Source: Octopus sinensis
Lineage: Eukaryota
Reading direction: 5' to 3'
Assembly (NCBI RefSeq): GCF_006345805.1
Contig: NC_042997.1
Span: forward strand, 145,142,001 to 145,206,000
Length of the DNA: 64,000 nucleotides
Of this stretch, positions 35,478 to 47,789 are shown piece by piece. The position numbers and the translations under genes are program-made. Positions within the stretch are counted from its first letter, which is position 1. Every line of letters starts with the position of its first letter. The notes beneath the pieces were generated by a model, which was not told the DNA's origin, ran no database searches, and saw only the letters and a program-made list of their open reading frames with translations.

Positions 35478-35963
35478 AATTTTGACATAAATTTATTTCA
35501 ATTTTATATTATATATTTGTTGATTTTCTTTTTTTGAATTCATTGTCTATGCTTTAACCTTTCAGCTATTTGCTTCTTGTATTCATTTTTTGGCAGACAT
35601 GATTATTATTTAACAGTACCAAGTTGATTATATCTTCATTTTCATAAACTTTAGCAAGTGAGGAGAGCTTTAACTCTTTTGGTACCAATTTGCCTGAGAC
35701 TACCTTAAAGTGGTCTAAATTATAATCTTCCGTCAAAATTTTATGCTAATTTGTTCCAGACTCCTGCTTAATAATGAGAAAGTTATTATACCAATTTCAT
35801 TATTTTAAAAATTGAGACAAAAACAGCATTTGTTAACAGAATTACGGTGACAAAAATGTGAAACCTTTTGCACATTTTCTTGCCTTCTCACATCCTTGGA
35901 AAAATCTAAGTTGCTCAGCTGCTGAAAGTATCACAAAAATTTTAATTTAGAAAGAATCTTTAA

Positions 35964-36183
35964 CCCTTTCATTACCAACCCGGCTGAAACCAGCTCTGGC
36001 TCTGAGTACAAATGTCTTGTTTTCATAAGTTTTGTATTAATATCTTCCACCAAACTTTAGTCACAATTTATGTGCTTAACATCAGCTTAATTATAACTAA
36101 GTTATTTTACTAAATTCTTTGTTATATTTAAAGTAATTGAAAGAAACAGAGAGCATCTCAAAATAAATACAGTAACGAAAGGG
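35964..36183. mobile_element. piggyBac-type MITE with TTAA TSD, downstream of the EMG1 stop
   Basis: TTAA|CCCTTTCATTAC ... GTAACGAAAGGG|TTAA (TSDs at 35960-35963 and 36184-36187). Confidence 0.88.
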
Positions 36184-37164
36184 TTAAGTTGAGGGCATCA
36201 GAAATAAAGATGTATGAAGGGAAGCTGTGAATCACTTCATTTTTGGGCAGAATTTCTAATTCTTTGGTTATGTGTAAGAGTTTGAAATTGTACCACCTGA
36301 AAATTATAATCTTAATTAGACTCATGACAAGTAAATATATTGATGAGATTGGCTCTTTCTTTCCAGTACAAACAAACACACATATACATGACAGGCTTCC
36401 ACATAATTTCTGTCAAGGCATTGGTCAACCCTGGACTGCATAGAAAACACTTTTTAAGTTGGAGTGCAGGGGAATTGAACCAAAAACCACAAGGTTTCTA
36501 AATGATCCTATTTAAGAAGGTGAAAAGAGAGAAAATAGAAAGCTTCTGACAATGCAGAAAGTTTAATAAAACCTTTATATTTCAGGCGTAATTTGAATGG
36601 GTTAACAGTACCTACATAACTGGACTTTTCTTAGACTGCTCTTTGCACCTGAATTATAAAGGTTTTATTAAAGTTTCTATTTTCTCTCTTTTTACCTTTA
36701 TCGATATTACAATGCTTTGAGCGAACAACAACATTATGGGCCTCTTTCTTTGAAGAGCTGGTGTGTGCAAGAAACTGTATCCGGCCTTTAAATGTAGTAC
36801 TATATATTGCATAATTATTCCCATGTGATTCATCATTGCATGTGATATAGCTCTCAGCTCAGCAGAACATGATAAAGCTAGAATAACACGAGTTGTTCCT
36901 TGTTCAACCAACTGCCTTGTGTATAGGACTACTTAAGCTGAGTTGACATGTAACTACACAACTACTAAGACACATTGAAAAGTTTAAGTACAGATTTACT
37001 AAGTTCATATTTTTAGTACTTTTCCTATTACCTACAGATGTGGCAGTGTTGTCTTGGGTTTAATCCTACTGCACAGCACCTTGGGCAAGTATCTTCTGTT
37101 ATAGCTCCAGGTCAACTAAAATTTTGTAGACAAACTGAAAGAAGCCACCTTTCCTTATTGGGAC

Positions 37165-37520
37165 ACAAAACTTCACTTGTGAAGACCCGTTGAGGCAAAT
37201 GAAAATCAAATCAAATCAAATCAGATATCAGAAAGCAACCAAAATCGAAGTCGATCAACATCAATGGAAATTGCAGCTGTGATACCAGTGCCGGTGGCAC
37301 GTAAAAAGCACCATCCGTCCGTGGCTGTTTGCCAGCCCCGTCTGGCGCCTAAAAAGCACCCACTACACTCACAGTGTGGTTGGCGTTACGAAGGACATCC
37401 AGCCGTAGAAACACTGCCAGATCAGACTGGGCCTGATGCAGCCTTCTGGCTTCCCAGACCCCAGTTGAACTGTCCAACCCATGCTAGCATGGAAAGCGGA
37501 CGCTAAATGATGATGATGAT
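37165..37520 (+). mobile_element. RTE 3' fragment
   Basis: GTGAAGACCCGTTGAGGCAA ORF end, 3'UTR modules and (GAT)n tail. Confidence 0.85.
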
Positions 37521-37526
37521 GATATA

Positions 37527-37830
37527 TCATCATCGTTGTTTAACGTCTGCTTTCCATGCTAGCATGGGTTGGATGATTTGGCTGAGGACTGGCAAACCAG
37601 ATGGCTGCACCAGGCTCCAATCTTGATTGGCAGGGTTTCTACAGATGGATGCCCTTCCTAATGCCAACCATTCCGAAGGTATAGTGAGTGTCTTTACGTG
37701 CCACTGGCACGAGAATCAGTCAGGCAGTACTGGCAACGGCCACACTCAAATGCTGTTTTTTACATGCCACCTACACAGGAGCCAGTCCAGCAGCACTGGC
37801 AATGACCTCACCCGAATGTTTTTTTTCACA
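37527..37830 (-). mobile_element. RTE 3' fragment, tail-to-tail with the preceding copy
   Basis: (CAT)n followed by the reverse-complement core. Confidence 0.85.
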
Positions 37831-38329
37831 TGCCAGTAAGGCAACATATAAACATATACGCCAGAGTAAGCACATAAATGCGAATCAAGGTGGAAAAAAT
37901 AGTACTCAGAAACCAGCATAAAAAATACCACAAAAACTGTTACTCAGAGTTTCATGTTCCCATTCATCAGATAGTTTATATATATAACCCATGCTAGCAT
38001 GGAAAGTGGATGTTAAACGACGACGATGATGATGATGACATACATGCATGCATAAATACATACATACATACATGACCCATCAAGTCGAGCAAAATCCCAG
38101 TTGTGGCAGATACCGATGTCATGCAAATTGGCATGTAAATGCACCCCAGTGTCACGCAAATGTCATGTAAAAGTGCCCATTACACTCTTGGAGTGGTTGG
38201 CATTAGGAAGGGCACCCAGCCATAGAAAACCATGCCAAATCAGACTGGAGTCTGGTGCAGCATGCGAGCCCAGTTAAACCATCCAACCCATGCCAACATG
38301 CACGTTATATGATGATGATGTTGATGGCT

Positions 38330-38640
38330 TAGCAGCTAAGATATTCAGCTCATCATCATGAGGTTGTGAGTTCAGTTCCTGGTAGATTATTATGTCTTTG
38401 AGCATGACACTTTATTTCACATTGCTCCAGTTCACTCAACTAGCAAAAATGAGTAATACTTGTATTTTTAAAGGTCAGCTTTGTCATATTCTGTGTCACA
38501 CTGAATCTCTACAAGAACTACATTAAGAGTCAGCTTGTCTGTGGAGTGCTCAGCTGCTTGCATGTTAATTTCACAAGTAGGCTGTTCCATTGGTCAGATC
38601 AACTGCAACTCTCATCCTTGTAACTGATGAAGTGTCAGTT
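38330..38640 (+). mobile_element. SINE family C, diverged
   Basis: GATGGCTTAG...GACACTTTATTTCACATTGCTCCAG core. Confidence 0.65.
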
Positions 38641-41591
38641 TATATATATAATAATAATAATTATTTGAGGGAATATTAATCCAAACTTACAGGGAAAAAA
38701 TTCAATTTAGAAATACTAAATCAAATTTCACACAATATATATATATATATAAAATTTTTAAAAAACCCACCTTTTATCAATTCAAAATGAACAATTAAAT
38801 GTAATTTTCTAGATGATGTAATTTAATTGTTCATTTTGAATTGATAAAAGGTGGGGGGTGTAATTTTATATATATACACATACACGCACAAATCTATATA
38901 TGTGTTGACATGCAATGATTGTAAATGAACATTGCCATCATAGAAGTGATCTTACTAATTTTGCTTGAAAACTGATGAAGTTCGACAACAGAAATGACAT
39001 CCAGTAGTAGAAAATCTTCCTCATCAAATTCTGTCTGGCCCATGGCAGCATGGAAAAGTAGACATTAAACGATTATTATGATATGTAATTAGAACCTGGC
39101 TTGGTCATAGATTTGTAAGACTTGAGTTTCTCATTGAAGAATTTGCTCCAGATATCCAGAATTATATTTTGCAACAAACTAAATCTAAGCCGCCATTATT
39201 GTGTTATAAACCAACATGGTGGCAGGCGTTGTGTTGACACCACATAAAATAGCACCCAGTGTATTCTGTAACGTGGATGGTATTAGGAAGAGCATCCAGC
39301 CATATAAACCATGCCCAAACAGATGACTGGAGCCTGTTGCAGCCTCCAGCTTGCCAGCTCCTGTCAAACCATCCAACTCATGCATGCATGGAAAAGGAAG
39401 ATTGAAATGGTGATACTAAATAGGAACTTTTATACTTTTAACTATTTACAAGGATGATGGTTGAAACTTGACGTTTGCAGTTCCTCACTGTTTAGTCAGG
39501 ATAATGTTTAATTATGTGGTTGATGCTTACAGAGAGATAATTCCAGGGTATACAGAATTTTAGTTATAACAAAAATATTCTTTTACTTGTTTCAGTCATT
39601 TGACTGAGGCCATGCTGAAGCACCACCTTTAGTTGAGCCAAATCTGAGACAAACCATTCAATACATCAGCATGGGAAGTGTTTGTACAATGATATGTAGT
39701 TTTGTTTCATGTTTGCCTTTATGTTGACTGCTTGAAAACTGTCTTCGTTTAAATCATATTTTAGGAGTGCAACAAATATAGGTTAGTCAGCTAAGTACCT
39801 AGGATTGATAACATTGATAAGCCCACCAAGTTGGTACCCCAGGATGGCTACGAATGACTGAATAAAGTAAAAGAACAGGCGTGGTCTGTCTGATGCGTCT
39901 TTTTAAAACCAAACATTTGCAACCTTCAACACCATCAAAATATTGTGGCCTTATTTGAGCTTTGCAGAGAACTAGGTATTGACTGGGACTGAAGTATTGT
40001 CTGCTCTGGTTTTTAAACCAATTAATTTGAGATATGAATGGCTACATGATACACAAAGGTATGTTTAGCAAAAAGCTTCACCATGGGCATGGGTGAATAC
40101 ACACAGACATTGTAGGAATACTGGTGAACCATGTAGGAGATTTGATTCTGTGTATTGTCTAAAGACAATATTCTTATGTACTTTATGTATATAAAATAAA
40201 GACCTCAGTACATGATCAAACCCTCACTAACTTCAATATTCCTATGAAGCAGCTTTTGGTTACTTACTTAACTGTTTAAGCGGTGCTAGGGGTAGTGGTA
40301 AGGGCAGTCAGCATAAAACTATTCAAGCTCTGATCAGTTGGCTGGCCTTTAAGTATTAGAGAGTTCAGGATTCAGTAGCTTCATGATGTATTGCCATATA
40401 TAGTGATCATGTAATTTGATGGGTACAGATATGACTGAATAATAACCGTCTGAAGGTAAGGAAAATATCAAGGATATTTGATGTATCATTTAGTCATATT
40501 CAGGAGGTGATGGATACTAACTGATGTGGATAGTCCAGAATGCAAAGGATTCTGTTTCTGTGCCAGCTGTATCAATATAAGAGGAATGCAGGTGCCAAGA
40601 AGAGTTAAAAGCATTGAAGTTGGTGAGGGTTTGATCATGTACTGAGATCTTTATTTTATATAGATATAGTACATAAGGTAAAAAAAGAAAAAGAGACAGA
40701 AAAACACCCATGGCTTGTAAGGAAATATTCCAGGACAGGTTTACAGAACTGTGGTATTTTAAGTTTGGTTTAGTCAATGGTTGGTTATTCAAAACGATAC
40801 AGCCTAACAGGTAACTCAATCCTTGGACCACAAACAAAAATAGAATAAAAGAAATGAAACCAAGACAGGATTGCGGGGCAGGGATCAGGAGTGAAGATTT
40901 TGGGACGAGGTATTTCAGTACATAGAATGCAAAAAAAGCTGAAGATAGGCAATGTGTTTTAAGTTTTAAAACAAGTGGTACGACAACCTGCTGTCAGTAA
41001 CTTTCAAATTAAGCAAACGTATCTAAGGGACATAACTCTGAATATACATGCATATAACAATCGTTATTTTGAAAGAATTTTAAATAAATTATTAAAACAT
41101 ATATTTCAAGATGTTGGTGATCATTATGAAGTTTGAAGAGAGGGGAAAAAATAAGGATAAAGGGAGGTATCTGGAATGTAGTTTTAATGCTATTGCGCCA
41201 AAAGATTCTGATTTCACGGTCTTGTAAATTGTCAGTTTCTTCTAATTTGCTTTCGCTCCGGTTACGTCCATTTTCGTCTATGTCAGCTTTTTCTCTTCCA
41301 AGATCGATAAAGTATTCTTCTTCAAAAGACTGGAGTCAATATAATTAGCTAAATCTTTCGAAGGTGGTACACCAGCATGGCCGCAGTCCAATAGCAGAAT
41401 CGACATACATACATACATACATACATACATACATACATACATACAATATGTATATGTGCTTGTGTGATTATACACACACACACATAGTGTAAGATTAACA
41501 GCCGAAGAGAAGGTATACTACTCTTAATATTACATGAATAACTTCCCTTATACTATTATGTGTATGTATGGACTTCCCTCGTATAAATATA

Positions 41592-42496
41592 TGAGGGGGT
41601 ACCCAAAAGTAACCGGAAACGTTCTCTGTTGGACATGCCCGTTGCAATTCAGGTTTCCGCCGCTAGAAGCCACTTGATGCGAGCCTCAGGCATCAGTCTG
41701 CCGACCGGTATCGTCTATTGAAGTCGTATTGCCACGTGGTGCGTCTTTGCAGTGCTTCTCCCCTGTTCATCGATTTTTGCGATGGTTGAAACGAAGGAAC
41801 GGCGTGCTTCTGTGAAATTCTGTTTTCTGCTGGGGAGAACGTTGGCCAAAACATCTGTCATACTTCAAACAGCTTAGAGGGACACTACCACGAGCAACAC
41901 ACAAGTTTACGAGTAGTTTCCACGCTTTAGGAATGGTCACGTATCACTTGAAGACCAACGTCGTTCAGGATGACCGTCGACCTCCCCAAACGAATGAAAA
42001 CATCACGAAAATTCATGAACTGATCTTGGAGGACCGTCGCCGAACAATTGACGAACTTGTTGATATGACTGTTGTGTCATAGAGCTTCTGCCAACGACTT
42101 TTGATCGAGGAATTCCAAATGAAAAGTGTTGCAGCAAAATTTGTGGCTCACTTGCTCACAGAAGATCAAAAGCAGTCACGACTGAATGCATGTTGTGAAC
42201 TGAAAGACCAGTTGGAAATTGATCCGGATCTTTTTTCGAAGGTCATCACTGGTGACAAAATCTGGTGCTACGAAATTTGCAGATGTGGAAGAGGTGGAGA
42301 TAAAAAAAAAACGACGTAGGCGTTAAAAGGCATCACTTCGCAAGAGTTCCGGTACTGCTTCGAATAGTGGAAAACTTGCCTGGTCCAATGCATTGCTTCA
42401 AATGGAGAATACTTCAAAGGCAATAAAAGAATAAACATGTCACTAACTGAATAAAATAATATTGTAAAATTCCGGTTCTTCTTGGGTACCCCCACG
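41592..42496 (+). mobile_element. Internally deleted mariner transposon (905 bp), TA TSD, ~28-bp TIRs
   Basis: TA|TGAGGGGGTACCCAAAAGTAACCGGAA ... TTCCGGTTCTTCTTGGGTACCCCCACG|TA. The dead transposase from ATG 41782 keeps the HTH region, AKFV..LLT.DQK and VITGDxxWCYE, then jumps to the C-terminus. The middle of the DDD domain is missing. Confidence 0.93.
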
Positions 42497-42667
42497 TATG
42501 TGTGTGTGTGTGTGTGAAGGATAATTGGCCGAAACTTCGAAGTCACTGTCACTCCTTTTCTTGTAAAAGTTTAATAAAATTTACCAAGAAGTATTGAGTA
42601 ATTCTTCAATGTTTGTTAAGTTGTTTTTATATATTACTTGACATAAAAACCAACATTCACACAAACA

Positions 42668-42698
<31 letters not shown>

Positions 42699-42914
42699 CT
42701 TTGACCTATGATTGTCGTAGTTTGACCTAGACAGTCCTGATTTGAAAGTCTGCTCAGTGAGCTAATCTGTCAGGTTCGATTTTGAAATGTCTCAGTTTTG
42801 GATCAAAGATTTAAATTGTAGAAAAAAACTAAGAAGTTTGAAATCGCTAGGAGTCCTAACACTATTGCATATAACGTTAGATGCAGCTGAAAATCCAGCC
42901 ACCATGGCAAAATG

Positions 42915-43320
42915 TGTGTGTGTATCGTGGCTGTGTGGTAAGAAGCTTGCTTCCCAATCACATGGTTCCGGGTTCAGTCCCACTGCACAGCACCTTCAGC
43001 AAGTGTCTTCTATTATAACCTCAAGCTGACCAAAGCCTTGAGAGTGGATTTGGTAGATGGAAACTGAAAGAAGCCTGTCGTGTATACATGCGTGTGTGTG
43101 TGTGTATGCATGAGTTTTTTTGTCTGTCCACCACCACCACTTGGCAACTGGTGCTGGTTTGTTTATGTCCCCGTAAATTAGCGGCTCTGCAAAGGAGACA
43201 AATAGAATAAGTACTTGACTTTAAAAAAAAAAGTCTTGGGGTTGATTTGTTTGACTAAAACCCCTCAAGGCAGTACCCCAACATGGCCACTGGCAAATGA
43301 CTGAAACAAGTAAACGATTA
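42915..43320 (+). mobile_element. SINE family A
   Basis: GTGGCTGTGTGGTAAGAAGC...GACTGAAACAAGTAAA. Confidence 0.85.
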
Positions 43321-43325
43321 AAAGA

Positions 43326-43386
<61 letters not shown>

Positions 43387-43559
43387 TATATACACACATA
43401 TATATATATATAGTCAATTTAAAGAACGAAAAACAGAAAAAAAGGGAAAAAAAACAAATGTGCATAAGCATTATATTAATTTGACACTCGGTGAAAGAAG
43501 AGAGTTTTTGTTAATGTTTCGAGCATAGCTCTTCGTTGGAAACAGGAAAGTCCAAAGAA

Positions 43560-43588
43560 AAAGAAGGCAAAAGAAAGAAAGAAAGAAG

Positions 43589-43653
<65 letters not shown>

Positions 43654-43695
43654 GTAGATAGATAGATAGGTAGGTAGGTAGATGGATAGATAGAT
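43560..43695. repeat. (AAAG)n(GATA)n tetranucleotide microsatellite
   Basis: Directly visible. Confidence 0.95.
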
Positions 43696-44761
43696 AGGCA
43701 CAGGAGTGGCTGTGTGGTAAGAAGCTCTGGGTTCAGACCCACTATGTGGCACCTTTGGTAAATGTCTTCTACTATAGCCTTGGGCTGACCAAAACCTTGT
43801 GAGTGGATTTGGTAGAAAGAAGCATGTCGTATATATGTGTATGTATATATGTAGCGGAAAGGCTAGTTGACCAGCAGGTCAAGTGAGTAGAGAAGAAGAG
43901 AGAGAGAAAAAAAACCAGGGAGCAAAGGAATCAAAGAGAGAGATAAAAAGAGGGACAAAAGCACTAAGGGGGGGGGGAGAGAAAGAAGGAATTAAAGAGG
44001 GGGGAAGAAACAGAGCGCGCCAAAGATTGGCTTGGCAACAGAATCAATGGTGCAAAGTGAGAAAGACAGAGAAATGTGAGAGAGTGGGGGAAGAGGAGAC
44101 CAAAGAATCAGAGGCAAGAAAAGAGAAAGACAGAACAGTGAGGTATAGAGAAAGTGTGTAGAAGTCGTACAATTGGTGGAATGTTTACATACATAAGGGA
44201 ACAAGGTATACGTTATGCCGCAATAATATATGTATAAAAATTATACATAAAAATACAAAATGGGACAAGAATGCAAAATACACAAAGAGACGACACAAAA
44301 AACGGACGGGTCATTCGAAGCCTCTAATCTTCAGTCAGGAACCAGATCATCCTAGCAAATTTTGGCTGATTAATCCTGATATCACTCCGATCTGGCCAGC
44401 CCCAAGGAAAAACTAAGCTGCAAGCATTAGATTTCTTGGAAAACGGATCAAATGTATACGAAACAAGGACAGAAAAACGGACGATGCCACACGAATATAA
44501 ATACAAAAAACAAAAATATGTATGTGTGTGTGTGTATGTGTTTGTTCCCCACCATCACTTGACAACCGATGGTGGTTTTTTTTACACCCCCATGACTTAG
44601 TGGATTGGTAAAAGAAACCAATAGAATAAGTACTAGGCTTACAAAGAATAAGTCCTGGGATCGATTTGTTTGACTAAAGGCAGTGCTCCTGCATGACCAC
44701 AGCCAAATGACTGAAACAAATGAAAGTGAGTAAAAGAATACGTGTGTGTTATAGTTATAGT

Positions 44762-45105
44762 GAAGGTGCATGGCTCAGTGGTTAGAGCATTGAGCTCACA
44801 ATCATAAGATAGTGAGTTTGGTCCCCAGACCGAGCTGTGTGTTGTATTCTTGAACAAGACACTTTATTTCACATTGCTCTAGTTCACTCAGCTATAAAAA
44901 TGAGTTACAACGCCACTGGTGCTGAGCTGTATCGGGCCTTTGCCTTTTCCTTGAATATCACTGGTGGTGTGGAGAGGGGAAGCTGGTATGCAGGGGCAAC
45001 TGCTAGTCTTCCATAAACAACCTCGCCCAGACTCGTGTCTTAGAGGGAAACTTTCTGGGTGCAATTCCATGGTCATTCATGACCAGAGAGGGTCTTTACC
45101 CTTTT
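44762..45105 (+). mobile_element. SINE family C, long-tail variant
   Basis: tRNA-like head GGTGCATGGCTCAGTGGTTAGAGC. Full counterpart of 4590-5115. Confidence 0.8.
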
Positions 45106-45542
45106 ATACACACATACACATACATTATTAGCTTTGTGCCAAGCATACCTTACTGCTCTCTCTTCTTACATTAACTCCATATTCTTATTACTTGCTTCTG
45201 CTTCATAACTGCCTTTATCACCCTACAGCATTCCATCTTTCACCTCTTCACCAACTGTGCAGATTGTCCTTTTCACTTTACTTCACTCTAACTGCCTTGC
45301 GCTACTCTAGGCTCACTTATAAGCAGCTGCATTAGACTACCCTTATTCCATTTCCCTATAAACTCCATCTTTGTCCTGCTATGCTACCAGCCAGCTCTCT
45401 CATTTCTCTGGGCCACCTGTATTGCTACATAACAGCATTATCTCATCACCCATCCTTACCTTTGTTCATCCGCTATTGCCAATCACTCCCCTACCAACTA
45501 CACTACAACTCCTAGTATTCCTCTGCTATTCCATTCAGCTTG

Positions 45543-45795
45543 AGGCACGTGGGTTAGTGATTAGGGTGTTCGATTCATGATAATAAGATTGTGGTTTCAA
45601 TTCCTGGACCAGGCGATGCATTGTGTTCTTGAGCCAAACACTTCATTTCATGTTGCTCCAGTCAATTCAACCGGCAAATGTGAGTAATCCTGTGATGGAC
45701 TGGCACCCCATCCAGGTGGGGAATATATGCACCATGGAAACCAGGAAACTGGCTTTTATGAGTCGTTATAACTTGAGAAGGTAACTTTACTTTTT
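45543..45795 (+). mobile_element. SINE family C
   Basis: Similar to 18800-19025. Confidence 0.8.
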
Positions 45796-46465
45796 TTCCT
45801 CTTTTTTTTTTTTACTCAAATGGTAAAAATGAGTAATCCTGTGATGAATCAACATCTCATCCAGGGACGAATATATACTTCAGAGAAACCAGAAATCAGC
45901 CCTATGCTCCTTACATAGAAATGAGGACTAACCGTTGCCATCATGTTCTTGCTTCTTCCACTCTCTCACCTATTCTAGTCCTTTTCATACTTTTTTCTTT
46001 CTCTCCTTTTTGTTCACCTTTTAGGTCACCAGAGAAATGTACAAGACCCAGGCTATAGTATACTCTCTACACTTACATTCTTGTCCACTCCTAGCCCCAG
46101 ATCTACTTATTTCTGGTTGTGTGATTAAGAAGCTCATTTAGCAGCCATGAGGTTTTGAGTTCAGTCCCATTGTACAACACTTTGGGCAAGTGACTTCTGC
46201 TACAGCCCTGGGATGACCAATGCTTTGTGAGTGAATTTGTTGGACAGAAATTGTGTGAAGGCCTATCATTAAATGGCCATACTGAGGGATATCAAGTTAA
46301 AACTCTGAAGAGACTGCACCATTTTATAGTAGTGTTTAAACTGCAATGATTACTAATCGGTGCAATTGAAACATGTGTTAGTCTTAAAAGGTGGTATGTA
46401 ATTATAGAATTAAAGATAATGCTATTGCTACTTCAGAGTAATCCTTATTTTTAATATTGTCAATG

Positions 46466-46497
<32 letters not shown>

Positions 46498-46593
46498 TGT
46501 ATGTATGTATGTATGTATGTATGTATGTATGTATGTATGTATGTATGTACATACGTGTGTGTGTGTGTGTGTGAGTGTGTGTGTGTGAGTGAG

Positions 46594-46626
<33 letters not shown>

Positions 46627-46699
46627 TTAAGTGTTGGGATTGTTCCTAGTAGTAAGCCATGAATGAATTTGGTAGAAATTGCATGAAAGTATATATACA

Positions 46700-46870
46700 T
46701 ACATATATATATCATCATCATCATCATCATCATCGTTTAACGTCCGTTTTCCGCGCTAGCACGGGTTGGACGGTTCGACCAGGGTCTGGGAAGCCAGGGG
46801 CTGCACCAGGTTCCAGTCTGATCTGGCAGAGTTTCTACAGCTGGATGCCCTTCCTAACGCCAACCACTCC
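46700..46870 (-). mobile_element. RTE 3'-end copy, near consensus
   Basis: (CAT)n GTTTAACGTCCGTTTTCCGCGCTAGCACGGG. Confidence 0.88.
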
Positions 46871-47789
46871 GCGTATATATATACACATATATATACATGC
46901 ACATATATATATATATACACATATATATACATGCACACATACGTATGTAGGTATGTATGTACATATGTATGTATGTTTTTATATGTGTGTATGTGTGTGT
47001 CTTTGCATTTGTGTTTGTCCCACCACCACTTCTTGACAATTGGTGTTCATTTGTTTACTTTCATGTAGCTTAGCAGTTCATCAAAAGAGAAAGATAGAAT
47101 TAGTAAAAGACTTTTAAAAAAAACAAGTACTAGGATCAATTACTGAACACTTCAAAGCTGTGCCCCTGCATGGCCACAGTCCAATTACTGAAACGAGTAA
47201 AAGATGAAAGATATATGAAATAAAAGGTTTTTTTTTTCTTTTTTTGCAAAGCCCCAAGGCCAGAAATGTTGAGTTGCAGTAACTAGTGGTCTAAACAAAC
47301 ACTAGTATTTGACTAGTGCCTTATTTTGAGCCCTGGAGAGATGAAAGGCAAGGTTGTCTTTGATGTCATTTGATCTCAAGATATAATAAGCAGTAACTAA
47401 GTACATCAAGACATTTTGTCTGACACTTTAATGCTTCTGCAAATTCAGATAATAATTCTTTAAAATTTTGGCAGAAGGCCAGCAATTTTGTGGGAGGAGA
47501 TAAGTTTTACTAGTAACTGCACTCCAACAGATACTTAATGTATTGACTTCAAGGCAAGGCTGGACTTGGTGGAGTTTGAACTCAGGGTGTAAAGAGCCAA
47601 AAGTAATGCTGCTAAGCATTAATAATGTTCTTACTGTTATTGTTGAAGCTGTAATCAAGCAGTTCTGTGATCAGATGCCTTCCAGCAGTGACTGTCTTAT
47701 TTTAAATATACCAGGGTCTATATTGTCTATTGTATTTGTTTTATTTAAGATGGCATAAGAGTGATTTGAGAATGTCTAACAGACGGCCT

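Noticed and set aside
36654-36911. 85-aa - strand ORF
   Set aside because: No recognisable motif or good acceptor, and its end overlaps the inverted-repeat arm.
38972-38994. CTGATGA...GAAA hammerhead-like motif
   Set aside because: No stem II pairing. It is a mutated copy of the common RTE-tail-related repeat.
44295-44345. CTGAAGA...GAAT motif on the - strand in a PLE-like repeat
   Set aside because: Lacks GAAA and the G10.1-C11.1 pair.
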